Assembly (NCBI GenBank): GCA_964057225.1 | Contig: CAXKVF010000076.1 | Coordinates: 372,001 to 436,000, forward strand | Length of the DNA stretch: 64,000 nt | Reading direction: 5' to 3' | DNA from: Auanema rhodensis | Lineage: Eukaryota > Animalia > Nematoda | In this document: one piece after another, positions 30,001 through 45,000 of the stretch | Numbering within the stretch: position 1 is the first letter of the stretch | Layout of the letters: each line of letters begins with the position of its first letter | Translations under genes and position numbers: made by a program | The notes under the pieces: generated by a model | Database searches by the model: none | What the model was told of the DNA's origin: nothing | What the model saw: only the letters and a program-made list of their open reading frames with translations

Positions 30001-33000
30001 TAGACTAATATGGACATGGGGAATCTAATTTTGAAAACCGCATCTCTTTATCTTTCACGTGAAGCGAGTTACATATCAAATGCACATCACGTGTACATTT
30101 AATTAGCATAAATTAAAGTTCACGTAAATTTCAAAGTCATGGTTACCATTAACCAATATCAATAAAAATTTGTTTTTAGACTAATATGGACATGGGGAAT
30201 CTAATTTTGAAAACCGCATCTCTTTATCTTTCAAGTGAAGCGAGTTACATACCAAGTGCACATCACGTGTACATTTAATTAGCATAAATTAAAGTTCACG
30301 TAAATTTCAAAGTCATGGTTACCATGCACCAATATCAATAAAAATTTGTTTTTAGACTAATATGGCCATGAGGAATCTAATTTTGAAAACCGCATCTCTT
30401 TATCTTTCACGTGAAGCGAGTTACATACCAAGTGCACATCACGTGTACATTTAATTAGCATAAATTAAAGTTCACGTAAATTTCAAAGTCATGGTTACCA
30501 TGCACCAATATCAATAAAAATTTGTTTTTAGACTAATATGGACATGGGGAATCTAATTTTGAAAACCGCATCTCTTTATATTTCACGTGAAGCGAGTTAC
30601 ATACCAAGTGCACATCACGTGTACATTTAATTAGCATAAATTAAAGTTCACGTAAATTTCAAAGTCATGGTTACCATGAACCAATATCAATAAAAATTTG
30701 TTTTTAGACTAATATGGACATGGGGAATCTAATTTTGAAAACCGCATCTCTTTATCTTTCACGTGAAGCGAGTTACATACCAAGTGCACATCACGTGTAC
30801 ATTTAATTAGCATAAATTAAAGTTCACGTAAATTTCAAAGTCATGGTTACCATGCACCAATATCAATAAAAATTTGTTTTTAGACTAATATGGACATGGG
30901 GAATCTAATTTTGAAAACCGCATCTCTTTATCTTCCACGTGAAGCGAGTTACATACCAAGTGCACATCACGTGTACATTTAATTAGCATAAATTAAAGTT
31001 CACGTAAATTTCAAAGTCATGGTTACCATGAACCAATATCAATAAAAATTTGTTTTTAGACTAATATGGACATGGGGAATCTAATTTTGAAAACCGCATC
31101 TCTTTATCTTTCACGTGAAGCGAGTTACATACCAAGTGCACATCACGTGTACATTTAATTAGCATAAATTAAAGTTCACGTAAATTTCAAAGTCATGGTT
31201 ACCATGCACCAATATCAATAAAAATTTGTTTTTAGACTAATATGGACATGGGGAATCTAATTTTGAAAACCGCATCTCTTTATCTTCCACGTGAAGCGAG
31301 TTACATACCAAGTGCACATCACGTGTACATTTAATTAGCATAAATTAAAGTTCACGTAAATTTCAAAGTCATGGTTACCATGAACCAATATCAATAAAAA
31401 TTTGTTTTTAGACTAATATGTACATGGGGAATCTAATTTTGAAAACCGCATCTCTTTATCTTTCACGTGAAGCGAGTTACATACCAAGTGCACATCACGT
31501 GTACATTTAATTAGCATAAATTAAAGTTCACGTAAATTTCAAAGTCATGGTTACCATGCACCAATATCAATAAAAATTTGTTTTTAGACTAATATGGACA
31601 TGAGGAATCTAATTTTGAAAACCGCATCTCTTTATCTTTCACGTGAAGCGAGTTACATACCAAGTGCACATCACGTGTACATTTAATTAGCATAAATTAA
31701 AGTTCACGTAAATTTCAAAGTCATGGTTACCATGCACCAATATCAATAAAAATTTGTTTTTAGACTAATATGGACATGGGGAATCTAATTTTGAAAACCG
31801 CATCTCTTTATATTTCACGTGAAGCGAGTTACATACCAAGTGCACATCACGTGTACATTTAATTAGCATAAATTAAAGTTCACGTAAATTTCAAAGTCAT
31901 GGTTACCATGAACCAATATCAATAAAAATTTGTTTTTAGACTAATATGGACATGGGGAATCTAATTTTGAAAACCGCATCTCTTTATCTTTCACGTGAAG
32001 CGAGTTACATACCAAGTGCACATCACGTGTACATTTAATTAGCATAAATTAAAGTTCACGTAAATTTCAAAGTCATGGTTACCATGCACCAATATCAATA
32101 AAAATTTGTTTTTAGACTAATATGGACATGGGGAATCTAATTTTGAAAACCGCATCTCTTTATCTTCCACGTGAAGCGAGTTACATACCAAGTGCACATC
32201 ACGTGTACATTTAATTAGCATAAATTAAAGTTCACGTAAATTTCAAAGTCATGGTTACCATGAACCAATATCAATAAAAATTTGTTTTTAGACTAATATG
32301 GACATGGGGAATCTAATTTTGAAAACCGCATCTCTTTATCTTTCACGTGAAGCGAGTTACATACCAAGTGCACATCACGTGTACATTTAATTAGCATAAA
32401 TTAAAGTTCACGTAAATTTCAAAGTCATGGTTACCATGCACCAATATCAATAAAAATTTGTTTTTAGACTAATATGGACATGGGGAATCTAATTTTGAAA
32501 ACCGCATCTCTTTATCTTCCACGTGAAGCGAGTTACATACCAAGTGCACATCACGTGTACATTTAATTAGCATAAATTAAAGTTCACGTAAATTTCAAAG
32601 TCATGGTTACCATGAACCAATATCAATAAAAATTTGTTTTTAGACTAATATGTACATGGGGAATCTAATTTTGAAAACCGCATCTCTTTATCTTTCACGT
32701 GAAGCGAGTTACATACCAAGTGCACATCACGTGTACATTTAATTAGCATAAATTAAAGTTCACGTAAATTTCAAAGTCATGGTTACCATGCACCAATATC
32801 AATAAAAATCTGTTTTTAGACTAATATGGACATGGGGAATCTAATTTTGAAAACCGTATCTCTTTATCTTTCACGTGAAGCGAGTTACATACCAAGTGCA
32901 CATCACGTGTACATTTAATTAGCATAAATTAAAGTTCACGTAAATTTCAAAGTCATGGTTACCATGCACCAATATCAATAAAAATTTGTTTTTAGACTAA

Positions 33001-36000
33001 TATGGACATGGGGAATCTAATTTTGAAAACCGCATCTCTTTATCTTTCACGTGAAGCGAGTTACATATCAAGTGCACATCACGTGTACATTTAATTAGCA
33101 TAAATTAAAGTTCACGTAAATTTCAAAGTCATGGTTACCATTAACCAATATCAATAAAAATTTGTTTTTAGACTAATATGGACATGGGGAATCTAATTTT
33201 GAAAACCGCATCTCTTTATCTTTCACGTGAAGCGAGTTACATACAAAGTGCACATCACGTGTACATTTAATTAGCATAAATTAAAGTTCACGTAAATTTC
33301 AAAGTCATGGTTACCATGCACCAATATCAATAAAAATTTGTTTTTAGACTAATATGGACATGGGGAATCTAATTTTGAAAACCGCATCTCTTTATCTTTC
33401 ACGTGAAGCGAGTTACATACCAAGTGCACATCACGTGTACATTTAATTAGCATAAATTAAAGTTCACGTAAATTTCAAAGTCATGGTTACCATTAACCAA
33501 TATCAATAAAAATTTGTTTTTAGACTAATATGGACATGGGGAATCTAATTTTGAAAACCGCATCTCTTTATCTTTCAAGTGAAGCGAGTTACATACCAAG
33601 TGCACATCACGTGTACATTTAATTAGCATAAATTAAAGTTCACGTAAATTTCAAAGTCATGGTTACCATGAAGCAATATCAATAAAAATTTGTTTTTAGA
33701 CTAATATGGACATGGGGAATCTAATTTTGAAAACCGCATCTCTTTATCTTTCACGTGAAGCGAGTTACATACCAAGTGCACATCACGTGTACATTTAATT
33801 AGCATAAATTAAAGTTCACGTAAATTTCAAAGTCATGGTTACCATGAACCAATATCAATAAAAATTTTTTTTTTAGACTAATATGGACATGGGGAATCTA
33901 ATTTTGAAAACCGCATCTCTTTATCTTCCACGTGAAGCGAGTTACATACCAAGTGCACATCACGTGTACATTTAATTAGCATAAATTAAAGTTCACGTAA
34001 ATTTCAAAGTCATGGTTACCATGAACCAATATCAATAAAAATTTGTTTTTAGACTAATATGGACATGGGGAATCTAATTTTGGAAACCGCATTTCTTTAT
34101 CTTTCACGTGAAGCGAGTTACATACCAAGTGCACATCACGTGTACATTTAATTAGCATAAATTAAAGTTCACGTAAATTTCAAAGTCATGGTTACCATGC
34201 ACCAATATCAATAAAAATTTGTTTTTAGACTAATATGGACATGGGGAATCTAATTTTGAAAACCGCATCTCTTTATCTTTCACGTGAAGCGAGTTACATA
34301 TCAAGTGCACATCACGTGTACATTTAATTAGCATAAATTAAAGTTCACGTAAATTTCAAAGTCATGGTTACCATGCACCAATATCAATAAAAATTTGTTT
34401 TTAGACTAATATGGACATGGGGAATCTAATTTTGAAAACCGCATCTCTTTATCTTTCACGTGAAGCGAAATACATACCAAGTGCACATCACGTGTACATT
34501 TAATTAGCATAAATTAAAGTTCACGTAAATTTCAAAGTCATGGTTACCATAAACCAATATCAATAAAAATTTGTTTTTAGACTAATATGGACATGGGGAA
34601 TCTAATTTTGAAAACCGCATCTCTTTATCTTTCACGTGAAGCGAGTTACATACCAAGTGCACATCACGTGTACATTTAATTAGCATAAATTAAAGTTCAC
34701 GTAAATTTCAAAGTCATGGTTACCATGAAGCAATATCAATAAAAATTTGTTTTTAGACTAATATGGACATGGGGAATCTAATTTTGAAAACCGCATCTCT
34801 TTATCTTTCACGTGAAGCGAGTTACATACCAAGTGCACATCACGTGTACATTTAATTAGCATAAATTAAAGTTCACGTAAATTTCAAAGTCATGGTTACC
34901 ATGCACCAATATCAATAAAAATTTGTTTTTAGACTAATATGGACATGGGGAATCTAATTTTGAAAACCGCATCTCTTTATCTTCCACGTGAAGCGAGTTA
35001 CATACCAAGTGCACATCACGTGTACATTTAATTAGCATAAATTAAAGTTCACGTAAATTTCAAAGTCATGGTTACCATGAACCAATATCAATAAAAATTT
35101 GTTTTTAGACTAATATGTACATGGGGAATCTAATTTTGAAAACCGCATCTCTTTATCTTTCACGTGAAGCGAGTTACATACCAAGTGCACATCACGTGTA
35201 CATTTAATTAGCATAAATTAAAGTTCACGTAAATTTCAAAGTCATGGTTACCATGAACCAATATCAATAAAAATTTGTTTTTAGACTAATATGGACATGG
35301 GGAATCTAATTTTGAAAACCGCATCTCTTTATCTTTTACGTGAAGCGAGTTACATACCAAGTGCACATCATGTGTACATTTAATTAGCATAAATTAAAGT
35401 TCACGTAAATTTCAAAGTCATGGTTACCATGCACCAATATCAATAAAAATTTGTTTTGAGACTAATATGGACATGGGGAATCTAATTTTGAAAACCGCAT
35501 CTCTTTATCTTCCACGTGAAGCGAGTTACATACCAAGTGCACATCACGTGTACATTTAATTAGCATAAATTAAAGTTCACGTAAATTTCAAAGTCATGGT
35601 TACCATGAACCAATATCAATAAAAATTTGTTTTTAGACTAATATGTACATGGGGAATCTAATTTTGAAAACCGCATCTCTTTATCTTTCACGTGAAGCGA
35701 GTTACATACCAAGTGCACATCACGTGTACATTTAATTAGCATAAATTAAAGTTCACGTAAATTTCAAAGTCATGGTTACCATGCACCAATATCAATAAAA
35801 ATTTGTTTTTAGACTAATATGGACATGGGGAATCTAATTTTGAAAACCGCATCTTTTTATCTTTCACGTGAAGCGAGTTACATACCAAGTGCACATCACG
35901 TGTACATTTAATTAGCATAAATTAAAGTTCACGTAAATTTCAAAGTCATGGTTACCATGAACCAATATCAATAAAAATTTGTTTTTAGACTAATATGGAC

Positions 36001-39000
36001 ATGGGGAATCTAATTTTGAAAACCGCATCTCTTTATCTTTCACGTGAAGCGAGTTACATACCAAGTGCACATCACGTGTACATTTAATTAGCATAAATTA
36101 AAGTTCACGTAAATTTCAAAGTCATGGTTACCATGAACCAATATCAATAAAAATTTGTTTTTAGACTAATATGGACATGGGGAATCTAATTTTGGAAACC
36201 GCATTTCTTTATCTTTCACGTGAAGCGAGTTACATACCAAGTGCACATCACGTGTACATTTAATTAGCATAAATTAAAGTTCACGTAAATTTCAAAGTCT
36301 TGGTTACCATGAAGCAATATCAATAAAAATTTGTTTTTAGACTAATATGGACATGGGGAATCTAATTTTGAAAACCGCATCTCTTTATCTTTCACGTGAA
36401 GCGAGTTACATACCAAGTGCACATCACGTGTACATTTAATTAGCATAAATTAAAGTTCACGTAAATTTCAAAGTCATGGTTACCATGAACCAATATCAAT
36501 AAAAATTTGTTTTTAGACTAATATGGACATGGGGAATCTAATTTTGGAAACCGCATTTCTTTATCTTTCACGTGAAGCGAGTTACATACCAAGTGCACAT
36601 CACGTGTACATTTAATTAGCATAAATTAAAGTTCACGTAAATTTCAAAGTCTTGGTTACCATGAAGCAATATCAATAAAAATTTGTTTTTAGACTAATAT
36701 GGACATGGGGAATCTAATTTTGAAAACCGCATCTCTTTATCTTTCACGTGAAGCAAGTTACATACCAAGTGCACATCACGTGTACATTTAATTAGCATAA
36801 ATTAAAGTTCACGTAAATTTCAAAGTCATGGTTACCATGAACCAATATCAATAAAAATTTGTTTTTAGACTAATATGGACATGGGGAATCTAATTTTGAA
36901 AACCGCATCTCTTTATCTTTCACGTGAAGCGAGTTACATACCAAGTGCACATCACGTGTACATTTAATTAGCATAAATTAAAGTTCACGTAAATTTCAAA
37001 GTCATGGTTACCATGAAGCAATATCAATAAAAATTCGTTTTTAGACTAATATGGACATGGGGAATCTAATTTTGAAAACCGCATCTCTTTATCTTTCACG
37101 TGAAGCGAGTTACATACCAAGTGCACATCACGTGTACATTTAATTAGCATAAATTAAAGTTCACGTAAATTTCAAAGTCATGGTTACCATGAAGCAATAT
37201 CAATAAAAAATTGTTTTTAGACTAATATGGACATGGGGAATCTAATTTTGAAAACCGCATCTCTTTATCTTTCACGTGAAGCGAGTTACATACCAAGTGC
37301 ACATCACGTGTACATTTAATTAGCATAAATTAAAGTTCACGTAAATTTCAAAGTCATGGTTACCATGAACCAATATCAATAAAAATTTGTTTTTAGACTA
37401 ATATGTACATGGGGAATCTAATTTTGAAAACCGCATCTCTTTATCTTTCACGTGAAGCGAAATACATACCAAGTGCACATCACGTGTACATTTAATTAGC
37501 ATAAATTAAAGTTCACGTAAATTTCAAAGTCATGGTTACCATAAACCAATATCAATAAAAATTTGTTTTTAGACTAATATGGACATGGGGAATCTAATTT
37601 TGAAAACCGCATCTCTTTATCTTTCACGTGAAGCGAGTTACATACCAAGTGCACATCACGTGTACATTTAATTAGCATAAATTAAAGTTCACGTAAATTT
37701 CAAAGTCATGGTTACCATGAAGCAATATCAATAAAAATTTGTTTTTAGACTAATATGGACATGGGGAATCTAATTTTGAAAACCGCATCTCTTTATCTTT
37801 CACGTGAAGCGAGTTACATACCAAGTGCACATCACGTGTACATTTAATTAGCATAAATTAAAGTTCACGTAAATTTCAAAGTCATGGTTACCATGCACCA
37901 ATATCAATAAAAATTTGTTTTTAGACTAATATGGACATGGGGAATCTAATTTTGAAAACCGCATCTCTTTATCTTCCACGTGAAGCGAGTTACATACCAA
38001 GTGCACATCACGTGTACATTTAATTAGCATAAATTAAAGTTCACGTAAATTTCAAAGTCATGGTTACCATGAACCAATATCAATAAAAATTTGTTTTTAG
38101 ACTAATATGTACATGGGGAATCTAATTTTAAAAACCGCATCTCTTTATCTTTCACGTGAAGCGAGTTACATACCAAGTGCACATCACGTGTACATTTAAT
38201 TAGCATAAATTAAAGTTCACGTAAATTTCAAAGTCATGGTTACCATGAAGCAATATCAATAAAAATTTGTTTTTAGACTAATATGGACATGGGGAATCTA
38301 ATTTTGAAAACCGCATCTCTTTATCTTTCACGTGAAGCGAGTTACATACCAAGTGCACATCACGTGTACATTTAATTAGCATAAATTAAAGTTCACGTAA
38401 ATTTCAAAGTCATGGTTACCATGAACCAATATCAATAAAAATTTGTTTTTAGACTAATATTGACATGGGGAATCTAATTTTGAAAACAGCATCTCTTTAT
38501 CTTTCACGTGAAGCGAGTTACATACCAAGTGCACATCACGTGTACATTTAATTAGCATAAATTAAAGTTCACGTAAATTTCAAAGTCATGGTTACCATGA
38601 ACCAATATCAATAAAAATTTGTTTTTAGACTAATATGGACATGGGGAATCTAATTTTGGAAACCGCATTTCTTTATCTTTCACGTGAAGCGAGTTACATA
38701 CCAAGTGCACATCACGTGTACATTTAATTAGCATAAATTAAAGTTCACGTAAATTTCAAAGTCATGGTTACCATAAACCAATATCAATAAAAATTTGTTT
38801 TTAGACTAATATGGACATGGGGAATCTAATTTTGAAAACCGCATCTCTTTATCTTTCACGTGAAGCAAGTTACATACCAAGTGCACATCACGTGTACATT
38901 TAATTAGCATAAATTAAAGTTCACGTAAATTTCAAAGTCATGGTTACCATGAACCAATATCAATAAAAATTTGTTTTTAGACTAATATGGACATGGGGAA

Positions 39001-42000
39001 TCTAATTTTGAAAACCGCATCTCTTTATCTTTCACGTGAAGCGAGTTACATACCAAGTGCACATCACGTGTACATTTAATTAGCATAAATTAAAGTTCAC
39101 GTAAATTTCAAAGTCATGGTTACCATGCACCAATATCAATAAAAATTTGTTTTTAGACTAATATGGACATGGGGAATCTAATTTTGAAAACCGCATCTCT
39201 TTATCTTCCACGTGAAGCGAGTTACATACCAAGTGCACATCACGTGTACATTTAATTAGCATAAATTAAAGTTCACGTAAATTTCAAAGTCATGGTTACC
39301 ATGAACCAATATCAATAAAAATTTGTTTTTAGACTAATATGGACATGGGGAATCTAATTTTAAAAACCGCATCTCTTTATCTTTCACGTGAAGCGAGTTA
39401 CATACCAAGTGCACATCATGTGTACATTTAATTAGCATAAATTAAAGTTCACGTAAATTTCAAAGTCATGGTTACCATGCACCAATATCAATAAAAATTT
39501 GTTTTTAGACTAATATGGACATGGGGAATCTAATTTTGAAAACCGCATCTCTTTATCTTCCACGTGAAGCGAGTTACATACCAAGTGCACATCACGTGTA
39601 CATTTAATTAGCATAAATTAAAGTTCACGTAAATTTCAAAGTCATGGTTACCATGAACCAATATCAATAAAAATTTGTTTTTAGACTAATATGTACATGG
39701 GGAATCTAATTTTGAAAACCGCATCTCTTTATCTTTCACGTGAAGCGAGTTACATACCAAGTGCACATCACGTGTACATTTAATTAGCATAAATTAAATT
39801 TCACGTAAATTTCAAAGTCATGGTTACCATGCACCAATATCAATAAAAATTTGTTTTTAGACTAATATGGACATGGGGAATCTAATTTTGAAAACCGCAT
39901 CTCTTTATCTTTCACGTGAAGCGAGTTACATACCAAGTGCACATCACGTGTACATTTAATTAGCATAAATTAAAGTTCACGTAAATTTCAAAGTCATGGT
40001 TACCATGAACCAATATCAATAAAAATTTGTTTTTAGACTAATATTGACATGGGGAATCTAATTTTGAAAACAGCATCTCTTTATCTTTCACGTGAAGCGA
40101 GTTACATACCAAGTGCACATCACGTGTACATTTAATTAGCATAAATTAAAGTTCACGTAAATTTCAAAGTCATGGTTACCATGAACCAATATCAATAAAA
40201 ATTTGTTTTTAGACTAATATGGACATGGGGAATCTAATTTTGGAAACCGCATTTCTTTATCTTTCACGTGAAGCGAGTTACATACCAAGTGCACATCACG
40301 TGTACATTTAATTAGCATAAATTAAAGTTCACGTAAATTTCAAAGTCTTGGTTACCATGAAGCAATATCAATAAAAATTTGTTTTTAGACTAATATGGAC
40401 ATGGGGAATCTAATTTTGAAAACCGCATCTCTTTATCTTTCACGTGAAGCAAGTTACATACCAAGTGCACATCACGTGTACATTTAATTAGCATAAATTA
40501 AAGTTCACGTAAATTTCAAAGTCATGGTTACCATGAACCAATATCAATAAAAATTTGTTTTTAGACTAATATGGACATGGGGAATCTAATTTTGAAAACC
40601 GCATCTCTTTATCTTTCACGTGAAGCGAGTTACATACCAAGTGCACATCACGTGTACATTTAATTAGCATAAATTAAAGTTCACGTAAATTTCAAAGTCA
40701 TGGTTACCATGAAGCAATATCAATAAAAATTCGTTTTTAGACTAATATGGACATGGGGAATCTAATTTTGAAAACCGCATCTCTTTATCTTTCACGTGAA
40801 GCGAGTTACATACCAAGTGCACATCACGTGTACATTTAATTAGCATAAATTAAAGTTCACGTAAATTTCAAAGTCATGGTTACCATGAAGCAATATCAAT
40901 AAAAATTTGTTTTTAGACTAATATGGACATGGGGAATCTAATTTTGAAAACCGCATCTCTTTATCTTTCACGTGAAGCGAGTTACATACCAAGTGCACAT
41001 CACGTGTACATTTAATTAGCATAAATTAAAGTTCACGTAAATTTCAAAGTCATGGTTACCATGAACCAATATCAATCAAAATTTGTTTTTAGACTAATAT
41101 GGACATGGGGAATCTAATTTTGAAAACCGCATCTCTTTATCTTTCACGTGAAGCGAGTTACATACCAAGTGCACATCACGTGTACATTTAATTAGCATAA
41201 ATTAAAGTTCACGTAAATTTCAAAGTCATGGTTACCATGAAGCAATATCAATAAAAATTTGTTTTTAGACTAATATGGACATGGGGAATCTAATTTTGAA
41301 AACCGCATCTCTTTATCTTTCACGTGAAGCGAGTTACATACCAAGTGCACATCACGTGTACATTTAATTAGCATAAATTAAAGTTCACGTAAATTTCAAA
41401 GTCATGGTTACCATGAACCAATATCAATCAAAATTTGTTTTTAGACTAATATGGACATGGGGAATCTAATTTTGAAAACCGCATCTCTTTATCTTTCACG
41501 TGAAGCGAGTTACATACCAAGTGCATATCACGTGTACATTTAATTAGCATGAATTAAAGTTCACGTAAATTTCAAAGTCATGGTTACCATGCACCAATAT
41601 CAATAAAAATTTGTTTTTAGACTAATATGGACATGGGGAATCTAATTTTGAAAACCGCATCTCTTTATCTTTCACGTGAAGCGAGTTACATACCAAGTGC
41701 ACATCACGTGTACATTTAATTAGCATAAATTAAAGTTCACGTAAATTTCAAAGTCTTGGTTACCATGAAGCAATATCAATAAAAATTTGTTTTTAGACTA
41801 ATATGGACATGGGGAATCTAATTTTGAAAACCGCATCTCTTTATCTTTCACGTGAAGCAAGTTACATACCAAGTGCACATCACGTGTACATTTAATTAGC
41901 ATAAATTAAAGTTCACGTAAATTTCAAAGTCATGGTTACCATGAACCAATATCAATAAAAATTTGTTTTTAGACTAATATGGACATGGGGAATCTAATTT

Positions 42001-45000
42001 TGAAAACCGCATCTCTTTATCTTTCACGTGAAGCGAGTTACATACCAAGTGCACATCACGTGTACATTTAATTAGCATAAATTAAAGTTCACGTAAATTT
42101 CAAAGTCATGGTTACCATGAAGCAATATCAATAAAAATTCGTTTTTAGACTAATATGGACATGGGGAATCTAATTTTGAAAACCGCATCTCTTTATCTTT
42201 CACGTGAAGCGAGTTACATACCAAGTGCACATCACGTGTACATTTAATTAGCATAAATTAAAGTTCACGTAAATTTCAAAGTCATGGTTACCATGAAGCA
42301 ATATCAATAAAAATTTGTTTTTAGACTAATATGGACATGGGGAATCTAATTTTGAAAACCGCATCTCTTTATCTTTCACGTGAAGCGAGTTACATACCAA
42401 GTGCACATCACGTGTACATTTAATTAGCATAAATTAAAGTTCACGTAAATTTCAAAGTCATGGTTACCATGAACCAATATCAATCAAAATTTGTTTTTAG
42501 ACTAATATGGACATGGGGAATCTAATTTTGAAAACCGCATCTCTTTATCTTTCACGTGAAGCGAGTTACATACCAAGTGCACATCACGTGTACATTTAAT
42601 TAGCATAAATTAAAGTTCACGTAAATTTCAAAGTCATGGTTACCATGAAGCAATATCAATAAAAATTTGTTTTTAGACTAATATGGACATGGGGAATCTA
42701 ATTTTGAAAACCGCATCTCTTTATCTTTCACGTGAAGCGAGTTACATACCAAGTGCATATCACGTGTACATTTAATTAGCATGAATTAAAGTTCACGTAA
42801 ATTTCAAAGTCATGGTTACCATGCACCAATATCAATAAAAATTTGTTTTTAGACTAATATGGACATGGGGAATCTAATTTTGAAAACCGCATCTCTTTAT
42901 CTTTCACGTGAAGCGAGTTACATACCAAGTGCACATCACGTGTACATTTAATTAGCATAAATTAAAGTTCACGTAAATTTCAAAGTCATGGTTACCATGC
43001 ACCAATATCAATAAAAATTTGTTTTTAGACTAATATGGACATGAGGAATCTAATTTTGAAAACCGCATCTCTTTATCTTTCACGTGAAGCGAGTTACATA
43101 CCAAGTGCACATCACGTGTACATTTAATTAGCATAAATTAAAGTTCACGTAAATTTCAAAGTCATGGTTACCATGAAGCAATATCAATAAAAATTTGTTT
43201 TTAGACTAATATGGACATGGGGAATCTAATTTTGAAAACCGCATCTCTTTATCTTTCACGTGAAGCGAGTTACATACCAAGTGCACATCACGTGTACATT
43301 TAATTAGCATAAATTAAAGTTCACGTAAATTTCAAAGTCATGGTTACCATGAACCAATATCAATCAAAATTTGTTTTTAGACTAATATGGACATGGGGAA
43401 TCTAATTTTGAAAACCGCATCTCTTTATCTTTCACGTGAAGCGAGTTACATACCAAGTGCATATCACGTGTACATTTAATTAGCATGAATTAAAGTTCAC
43501 GTAAATTTCAAAGTCATGGTTACCATGCACCAATATCAATAAAAATTTGTTTTTAGACTAATATGGACATGGGGAATCTAATTTTGAAAACCGCATCTCT
43601 TTATCTTTCACGTGAAGCGAGTTACATACCAAGTGCACATCACGTGTACATTTAATTAGCATAAATTAAAGTTCACGTAAATTTCAAAGTCTTGGTTACC
43701 ATGAAGCAATATCAATAAAAATTTGTTTTTAGACTAATATGGACATGGGGAATCTAATTTTGAAAACCGCATCTCTTTATCTTTCACGTGAAGCAAGTTA
43801 CATACCAAGTGCACATCACGTGTACATTTAATTAGCATAAATTAAAGTTCACGTAAATTTCAAAGTCATGGTTACCATGAACCAATATCAATAAAAATTT
43901 GTTTTTAGACTAATATGGACATGGGGAATCTAATTTTGAAAACCGCATCTCTTTATCTTTCACGTGAAGCGAGTTACATACCAAGTGCACATCACGTGTA
44001 CATTTAATTAGCATAAATTAAAGTTCACGTAAATTTCAAAGTCATGGTTACCATGAAGCAATATCAATAAAAATTCGTTTTTAGACTAATATGGACATGG
44101 GGAATCTAATTTTGAAAACCGCATCTCTTTATCTTTCACGTGAAGCGAGTTACATACCAAGTGCACATCACGTGTACATTTAATTAGCATAAATTAAAGT
44201 TCACGTAAATTTCAAAGTCATGGTTACCATGAAGCAATATCAATAAAAATTTGTTTTTAGACTAATATGGACATGGGGAATCTAATTTTGAAAACCGCAT
44301 CTCTTTATCTTTCACGTGAAGCGAGTTACATACCAAGTGCACATCACGTGTACATTTAATTAGCATAAATTAAAGTTCACGTAAATTTCAAAGTCATGGT
44401 TACCATGAACCAATATCAATCAAAATTTGTTTTTAGACTAATATGGACATGGGGAATCTAATTTTGAAAACCGCATCTCTTTATCTTTCACGTGAAGCGA
44501 GTTACATACCAAGTGCACATCACGTGTACATTTAATTAGCATAAATTAAAGTTCACGTAAATTTCAAAGTCATGGTTACCATGAAGCAATATCAATAAAA
44601 ATTTGTTTTTAGACTAATATGGACATGGGGAATCTAATTTTGAAAACCGCATCTCTTTATCTTTCACGTGAAGCGAGTTACATACCAAGTGCATATCACG
44701 TGTACATTTAATTAGCATGAATTAAAGTTCACGTAAATTTCAAAGTCATGGTTACCATGCACCAATATCAATAAAAATTTGTTTTTAGACTAATATGGAC
44801 ATGGGGAATCTAATTTTGAAAACCGCATCTCTTTATCTTTCACGTGAAGCGAGTTACATACCAAGTGCACATCACGTGTACATTTAATTAGCATAAATTA
44901 AAGTTCACGTAAATTTCAAAGTCATGGTTACCATGCACCAATATCAATAAAAATTTGTTTTTAGACTAATATGGACATGAGGAATCTAATTTTGAAAACC

